In this document: piece by piece, positions 22,221 to 27,635 of the stretch | Position numbering within the stretch: the stretch's first letter is position 1 | Layout: every line of letters begins with the position of its first letter | Source: a virus | Lineage: Duplodnaviria; Caudoviricetes | Strand: one strand, 5' to 3' | DNA: 27,635 nt | IMG/VR virus record: IMGVR_UViG_3300020198_000075 | Location: 1-27,635 of that record | Notes under the pieces: generated by a model | Told to the model about the DNA's origin: nothing | The model's database searches: none | The model's input: the letters and a program-made list of their open reading frames with translations, nothing else | Program-made: the position numbers and the translations under genes

Positions 22221-25084
22221 GATGTCCTCACATTCATCATTTTAACTTCACGTTCAATAAGTTTAGATACTTCTTTTGCTAACTTGGTGGCATCTATTGG
22301 GATAGAACCAGATGCCGTCATGTTAATTGTAGGATTAATATTAAACGTTGAATTGTTGGTTACCGCTTTCATAGATGCGGAAGTTGTTGGTGATGTAGCC
22401 GATGTTGGCTTAGGGGAATAATCAAAAGGGTCACCAATAGTGGAGATTTTAGTACCTGGGCCTAAGTATTTTGACGGTAATTTGCCAACACCAGGCCAAT
22501 TAACTTGTCCCTTAACAATTCCCTCATAACCATCATGTGCCATTACTGAATCAAGATGATACTCCACTCCCAATCTTTGATTTGCTATCGTATCGTTTGC
22601 ATGGTCAGCCCATTTTGAAGTATCGTAAGTTCTTCCGTGCAATCCTTTTTTATCAGTAGAAAGACCAGCAAGACCCTTTTTAATGCGATTCCAGTTGTAG
22701 TCGCTTATGTTAAAACCACCCCAAAACGTTCCGTGTGAATTAGTTGTTGATGGACCACCTACTTTATAATTTCCACCTGTTTCATTTTTAAGCAATGCGT
22801 CTATATCCGCAGCCTTAAAATCTTTAGGAACAAAATAACCCCAACCACCATATGCTGGAGTCGTTCTGTAGTAGAAGCCAGGAGGAATTTTACCAGGGCT
22901 GTATGCAACTTTATTTGGCGTTCCCGTATTTAATCCACCTCCAGCGCCTGCAAAATTACCTTCTGGACTATTATCAAACATGATTACTTGTCGCTCTGCT
23001 GCAAAAGAGGCCATGGATTCAGCAATGGACAACTGCGATTTAATCGCCGTTGACAGTTCAATACCACTAGTCATCTGACCAGCAGTTTGACCATATGGAC
23101 TTGTTTCCCTAGTTTCTCCAGTAGTTCCAGATTGATACCTACCAATACCACTTCGGTCAGTTCCCAGCGGCGCTCCGCCCTCCTCGTAATTTCTACGACT
23201 GGCAGGAATTACACTGGGCTGAACATGCCAAGGCTCGTCGTGACGTGAAAACTCATCAAGACCATACTTACTAGCAGTTTTCTGCAACCACGCCAAGTCT
23301 TCACTAGAAGCAAAATTAAGGTCTGCCGCCAATCCAATTTCATGGTACGACAGTCCTGGAGGAGCGGTAATTGGTTCACCAGGTTTCTTTTCCCAATATG
23401 ACCCTTCAAAATACGTGTTTGTTTTTCTGTCTGTTTTAACGTAACGTGACCTAAACAATGCGTCCTGTGTTTGCGGGCTTCGGTAAGCACCCCCTTTCAT
23501 AATGGTGATTCCAGGGCGGTCTGTCATCAAACGCTCCAACGGCTCACGCAACGTTGGCTTTAACTGTGACAAAAGAACATCTTGATTTCCAGCACGAACT
23601 TTATTAGTTGGATTCCTAGCCTGAATACGTCCTGTTCCTGCACCTTCACCACCGTCACCAAGAACACCGCCAATAGCCATCAAGGGAATACCAATCTGCG
23701 GAAAGAATGGGGCCAAGCCCATTCCTAACATCTGTGTCATTTTGGCAATTGGGTTTCCACGTATTGAGGTGCGAGCACCAATAATGCTTGACAAAAAGTC
23801 TTCAAACTTCTCTAACGCCTTGTTGGTTGCTTGAAGGTTCTTTTCCATTTGTGCATAGTTGTCTGCCTGTCGTTTGTACATTTGTTCTTCACGACTTACT
23901 TCAGTGCGGGTAGTTTCTTCCTCTTGAGTTGCGTAGTTTCCTTCAATTCCCATTATGCTACGGTGTGTTTTATTTGATGGGTCGTAGTAGCCCTGACCGC
24001 CACGTTCTTTAAATGAGATATTAGATTCTGCGTATTGAAGGAGCATGTCCTGCGCCCCCTCGTCCAATCCAGCCATTGACAAACGTTGGCGAAGAACCGA
24101 CCCAGGCTGACGACCACCTTGGATTAATTCACGATTGTTCAAACCAAGCCGTTGAATAAGTTCTTGATTTACCTGCATTGCCGACTTTTGTTGACCACCA
24201 ATGCCGTAAAGACTTGTTCCCGTCATCATAAACATTCGGTTTACAGTGTCGGCCTGCGCCATGCTTTCAATGTAATTAGTAACGTCTCCAGCACTTGCTG
24301 AATAGCCCGTCAATGCACGCAATGATTCCATAGAACCTGCCTGCATGCGTGCGTTCAAACCAGTACGAGACTGCATTGCTAACAGTTCATTGATACCACC
24401 ATACCCAAGTTTGTACTGTCGTAATGGGTCACGCAAATCACGTTGTACTTGTCCTTGGCTCATGTTGTATTGCTGTTGTAACACGACACTCAAACGGTCA
24501 GCAGGCAAAGCGTATTGTTTGTTTCTGTCTACACGGTTATCAATTTCTCTAATAGCCATTTGTAGAAATTCAAAACCCTTTGAGCCAGTAATCCTTTGTA
24601 AAGCATTACCACCACCAGCCGTTTTAGTACCACCACTTGCGGCTGCGGCTGCTGCTCCAAGTCCAGGAGGGCCTATTCCCAATTGAGCCAAAATAGCAAC
24701 CGCATCGGCGGCTTCGGTGCTTATTCCAGAACCACCAGTTCCAGGAGGAGGCGCAGATGCCGCAGGGGGCATACCTTTTGACGTGTCTATGTACCCAGAG
24801 GAATCAGCGGTACCACTCACTTTGCCCACAGCAGTGGCTGCTTTATTTAACTGGGTAGTAAGGTCCTTTGCTTCTTTAGTAAGGGCCTTAAACTTGTCTT
24901 TAATCTTTTTTACATTGCTGTCAAGTTTGGTAAGTTCTTCGTTAAGACCTTTTAGCATGGTCAAGTCAACGCTGAGTCGTGAGTTGACAACGGAGTTGCC
25001 CATGGCACTAGCCGCAGTGCCTTCAGCAGCACTATTGCCGCCAAGACCTCCTGTTGCTAAGTTAGGCTCGTTGTTGTCTACCAC
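22217..25084 (-). CDS. Tape measure protein with M15 peptidase and Rpf/lysozyme-like domains
   Basis: Helical N-terminal half. AYRSPQTQ, APPGLSYHEIGLAAD and EPWH are M15 Zn-peptidase motifs. NETGGNY...FWGGFNI...W is Rpf-like. The C-terminal NINPTINM...LAKEV is typical of tape measures. GGAGG RBS and GTG start. Confidence 0.88.
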   Translation of the reverse strand: MVDNNEPNLATGGLGGNSAAEGTAASAMGNSVVNSRLSVDLTMLKGLNEELTKLDSNVKKIKDKFKALTKEAKDLTTQLNKAATAVGKVSGTADSSGYIDTSKGMPPAASAPPPGTGGSGISTEAADAVAILAQLGIGPPGLGAAAAAASGGTKTAGGGNALQRITGSKGFEFLQMAIREIDNRVDRNKQYALPADRLSVVLQQQYNMSQGQVQRDLRDPLRQYKLGYGGINELLAMQSRTGLNARMQAGSMESLRALTGYSASAGDVTNYIESMAQADTVNRMFMMTGTSLYGIGGQQKSAMQVNQELIQRLGLNNRELIQGGRQPGSVLRQRLSMAGLDEGAQDMLLQYAESNISFKERGGQGYYDPSNKTHRSIMGIEGNYATQEEETTRTEVSREEQMYKRQADNYAQMEKNLQATNKALEKFEDFLSSIIGARTSIRGNPIAKMTQMLGMGLAPFFPQIGIPLMAIGGVLGDGGEGAGTGRIQARNPTNKVRAGNQDVLLSQLKPTLREPLERLMTDRPGITIMKGGAYRSPQTQDALFRSRYVKTDRKTNTYFEGSYWEKKPGEPITAPPGLSYHEIGLAADLNFASSEDLAWLQKTASKYGLDEFSRHDEPWHVQPSVIPASRRNYEEGGAPLGTDRSGIGRYQSGTTGETRETSPYGQTAGQMTSGIELSTAIKSQLSIAESMASFAAERQVIMFDNSPEGNFAGAGGGLNTGTPNKVAYSPGKIPPGFYYRTTPAYGGWGYFVPKDFKAADIDALLKNETGGNYKVGGPSTTNSHGTFWGGFNISDYNWNRIKKGLAGLSTDKKGLHGRTYDTSKWADHANDTIANQRLGVEYHLDSVMAHDGYEGIVKGQVNWPGVGKLPSKYLGPGTKISTIGDPFDYSPKPTSATSPTTSASMKAVTNNSTFNINPTINMTASGSIPIDATKLAKEVSKLIEREVKMMNVRTS

Positions 25085-25087
25085 GGA

Positions 25088-25237
25088 TTAACCTCCAGTA
25101 GAGTTTTTCCAACGAGCCATACGAAACCAGTACGCTCGTTGTCTTACTGTCATGGATTTCAGGTCTTCTAGACCAAAACCTCCATACGTAGAGGCAATCG
25201 CTTCGTACTCCCAATATATTTTGACTAGATTAGCCAA
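25088..25237 (-). CDS. Small tail assembly chaperone partner (DUF6760-like, 49 aa); TTG start or +1 frameshift extension of the upstream gene
   Basis: Not in the ORF track. LANLVKIYWEYEAIASTYGGFGLEDLKSMTVRQRAYWFRMARWKNSTGG*. It fills the chaperone-to-tape-measure gap. Confidence 0.72.
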   Translation of the reverse strand: MANLVKIYWEYEAIASTYGGFGLEDLKSMTVRQRAYWFRMARWKNSTGG

Positions 25238-26027
25238 ATAGAAGTGAGACCCAATCTAGTGCTAATACAATTTTAGCATTACAGTGGGCGCATTGGGTTT
25301 CCACCTCTTTCATACGAGGCCCTGGCTGCGCTGAGAAGAGGGCTTTGACCAATTTGTTACGGTCAGCCAATGACAATCCCCTTGCCCACGCCTCTTTGTC
25401 GTTATCATTTTTACCTTGTAATACAACGCAACGAGAAATAATGTATGTATTTTGTTCCGCAGTAGTCTTTCCCCTTTTACTGGCGACTTGACTGTCTCCT
25501 CCAGTTGGATATTTCAATTCCACAACCGTGCTGTTTTTTAATTTTATTTTCATTGTTTCGTGTAAATCGTGTTTTGGTTCTTCCATTTTAAAATCATTTT
25601 CAAGGTCCATTGTTACGTCGTTACTACCCTCACACTCACGACAAGATACTTGAAACTCACGATGACGCCCATAAGTCGCTTTTAACACGCCAAGAAACAA
25701 CAAGTCACGGTCACCGATGATAAGTTCATCAATTATTTCTGCACGACCTAGCACATCAATGTTTCCAATAGATGTCACGCCTCGTTTTAGCATGTTCGTC
25801 ATGTATTCAGAATACGATACGCCTTTTTGCACGTCAAAAGCCGCCAACGCCTCCTCATCAGTGCCGTTTAATTCCCTGACTACTGCCGACATTTGCCATT
25901 CGTTATCAAGAGGGCTTAAAAGACCACGCATTAAAGCAACTTTAAGACTTGTTGGAAGGGCTACACGTGGTGCTGGCTCTACCAACGCCTCGTTAAAAGC
26001 GACAGCCGATGATTGTGTACTGTTCAT
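25230..26027 (-). CDS. Tail/baseplate hub assembly chaperone (T4 gp26/gp51-like, two CxxC)
   Basis: VRELNGTDEE, LIIGDRDLL..G..KATYG, CREC and CAHC. Sits between the tube and tape measure genes. Confidence 0.75.
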   Translation of the reverse strand: MNSTQSSAVAFNEALVEPAPRVALPTSLKVALMRGLLSPLDNEWQMSAVVRELNGTDEEALAAFDVQKGVSYSEYMTNMLKRGVTSIGNIDVLGRAEIIDELIIGDRDLLFLGVLKATYGRHREFQVSCRECEGSNDVTMDLENDFKMEEPKHDLHETMKIKLKNSTVVELKYPTGGDSQVASKRGKTTAEQNTYIISRCVVLQGKNDNDKEAWARGLSLADRNKLVKALFSAQPGPRMKEVETQCAHCNAKIVLALDWVSLLFG

Positions 26028-26058
26028 ATTGTGCTCCTATTTAACTTGTAAAGTTGTA

Positions 26059-26688
26059 TTACCCTAGTTGTGCTAACGCATCCAATTCTGTTCCAGTAAA
26101 GGCAATTACAAAACCCTCATGATGGATAGTCATTTGTTGAATCAGGATACCGTTATCACCAGCATTGAGACCGTTCATTGCAAAGACACCAGGCCAGCAA
26201 TTGAAGAGTTTAAAACCAAGTCGGGCAACACCAGGCTTAGTATCATCCGCAGGAAGGTCAGTTCGCTGATAGTAACCGCCATTGTTATCATTTGCGGTGT
26301 AGGGGTGGTCAAAAACTCTCACAATAATGTTACAACGATAATCATTTGCGCCGCCCATCATCAATAGTCCAGTGCTTCCTGCCACCCCTGCTCCCTGCTG
26401 CCACGAATGCATAAAGGTCTGCCATTTCCACATTTGCGATTGATTGGCAAACACACCACGACTGAACGAAACTGGCGGAAAGTCCGACTGACCCACCATC
26501 TTATGTGGATGGGTGTTCATGCCGCCCTCACGGTAGGCAATGAGTTCGTTGGTGACGCTAAGTCCCGACATTTCTGCAAAGCCAAGACCACCCAAACCAC
26601 CAGTGTGAGTGGTTAAATGGGTATCACCCACAATCTGAATTTGAAATTTAAAGTTACGAAGAGGGTCTGTACGCTGTGAAATAGGCAT
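26059..26688 (-). CDS. Tail tube protein (T4 gp19/Afp1-5-like)
   Basis: DPLRNFKF, GFAEMSGL......YREGGMN..HKMVG..F..V...RG, LFNCWP and LNA.....I....I.HEG. Confidence 0.92.
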   Translation of the reverse strand: MPISQRTDPLRNFKFQIQIVGDTHLTTHTGGLGGLGFAEMSGLSVTNELIAYREGGMNTHPHKMVGQSDFPPVSFSRGVFANQSQMWKWQTFMHSWQQGAGVAGSTGLLMMGGANDYRCNIIVRVFDHPYTANDNNGGYYQRTDLPADDTKPGVARLGFKLFNCWPGVFAMNGLNAGDNGILIQQMTIHHEGFVIAFTGTELDALAQLG

Positions 26689-26697
26689 TATTACTCC

Positions 26698-27633
26698 TTA
26701 GACGTTTTCCGTGAGGGTAGAGCCGCCAGTGAACTGGCTGACTTCAATGACAATGAATTCGGCGGGAGTTTGCAGTGCAACCCCGACCTCAACATGGACT
26801 TCCCCGTTTTCAATCGTGGTTGACGTGTTGTTTGTTGAATTACACAAGATGTAAAACGCTTGTGCAGCAGTTCCACCCTTGAGTCCACCTGCCGACCAGA
26901 ATTCAGAAAGAAATTTGGACAGGCGAACTTCAATGGTTGTCCACAAACGGTCATTGTTTGGCTCAAAGACGGCAAACTCGGTCAACCGTTTGGCCTGTGC
27001 TTTGACGTAGTTCAAACTACGACGAGTTGGAACAAATTTGGTGATGTCCGTCTTCTTCAAAGTACGAGCACCATTGACAATGACACCAGCGCCTGGAACC
27101 GCTTTCAGCGTGTTCACATGTGCGTCGTACATTGTTCCTTGCTCGGCCTCTGTGAAGGTGGTCACAAGACCAAAGGCTCCACGCAAGTCGTATGCATAGC
27201 CAGCAGGTGCTTTGGCAACCGTTCGCTCAGCCTCAACACGTGAGTATAGTCCAAGCAATGCACCACCAGGGGCGGTGTCACGGATGGCTGCCGCACCAGT
27301 CTTAGATGGGTCTACCATCTTCAATTTGGGGTAATACACAGCCCCATACGAAGACGCACTGTATCCGCTGATTGCTGAAACAGCATCAGCGCCATTTGTA
27401 ACCGTAGCGGGGTCAATGACCACAAACACATCACCACGGTTTTCTGCGTACGTGAGAGCGTTGTTTACTACGGCAGCCGTCGTCATATTGACAAGGTTGA
27501 GAACCAACTCTTCCGTGACGGAATCAAAACGACTTACCGCATCATTCCAGTCGCTGTTTGCAACGCTGACTCCATCAGAACCAGAAGCAAGAGCGGAGTT
27601 GGCAGCCGCAGTAACGGTAAATGCCGACGTGTA
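26698..27633 (-). CDS. Contractile tail sheath protein (C-terminal part; 5' end beyond the window)
   Basis: AVYYP, VAKAPAG, GARTL, RRSL, FAVFEPN...LW and VGVALQTPAEFIVI. The frame stays open to the window edge. Confidence 0.95.
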   Translation of the reverse strand, partial: YTSAFTVTAAANSALASGSDGVSVANSDWNDAVSRFDSVTEELVLNLVNMTTAAVVNNALTYAENRGDVFVVIDPATVTNGADAVSAISGYSASSYGAVYYPKLKMVDPSKTGAAAIRDTAPGGALLGLYSRVEAERTVAKAPAGYAYDLRGAFGLVTTFTEAEQGTMYDAHVNTLKAVPGAGVIVNGARTLKKTDITKFVPTRRSLNYVKAQAKRLTEFAVFEPNNDRLWTTIEVRLSKFLSEFWSAGGLKGGTAAQAFYILCNSTNNTSTTIENGEVHVEVGVALQTPAEFIVIEVSQFTGGSTLTENV

Positions 27634-27635
27634 CG

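Noticed and set aside
26691-26975. Alternative-frame 94-aa ORF over the sheath 3' end, and other nested minus-strand ORFs
   Set aside because: They are nested in conserved genes and show no recognisable motifs.
239-27243. The many plus-strand ORFs in the track (for example 2776-3411, 4853-5518, 9468-9947)
   Set aside because: They lie antisense to well-supported minus-strand genes, show no recognisable motifs and read as shadow ORFs.
14649-27633. Stand-alone bacterial eCIS or tailocin locus
   Set aside because: It is contiguous and co-oriented with a full phage replication and recombination module, with no bacterial housekeeping context, toxin or Afp15 ATPase seen.

Overview
A 27.6 kb segment of a tailed-phage (myovirus) genome. 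Every credible gene is on the minus strand, tightly packed and mostly translationally coupled. Reading right to left there are three modules. (1) A contractile tail module: sheath (truncated by the window edge), gp19-type tube, Zn-binding assembly chaperone plus an unannotated 49-aa partner ORF, tape measure with two cell-wall hydrolase domains (M15 peptidase and an Rpf-like lysozyme), tube initiator, LysM protein, hub, a miniature OB-fold spike, gp25, baseplate J, a gpI-like wedge protein and a holin-like gene. Its proteins resemble those of extracellular contractile injection systems. (2) After a structured non-coding junction carrying a 12-nt perfect Shine-Dalgarno with no start codon, a replication module: HTH initiator containing a four-iteron lambda-style origin, DnaC-like loader, DnaB, primase, SNF2 helicase, MerR-like HTH, SSB and family A DNA polymerase. 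(3) A recombination module: RecA, two Hjc-like nucleases, a Cas4-like Fe-S exonuclease and a possible UvsY-like mediator, ending in a phage-encoded SpoVS homologue missed by the ORF track. The host is probably Gram-positive, most likely an actinobacterium (inference). All family calls come from motif recognition by eye, not database searches.
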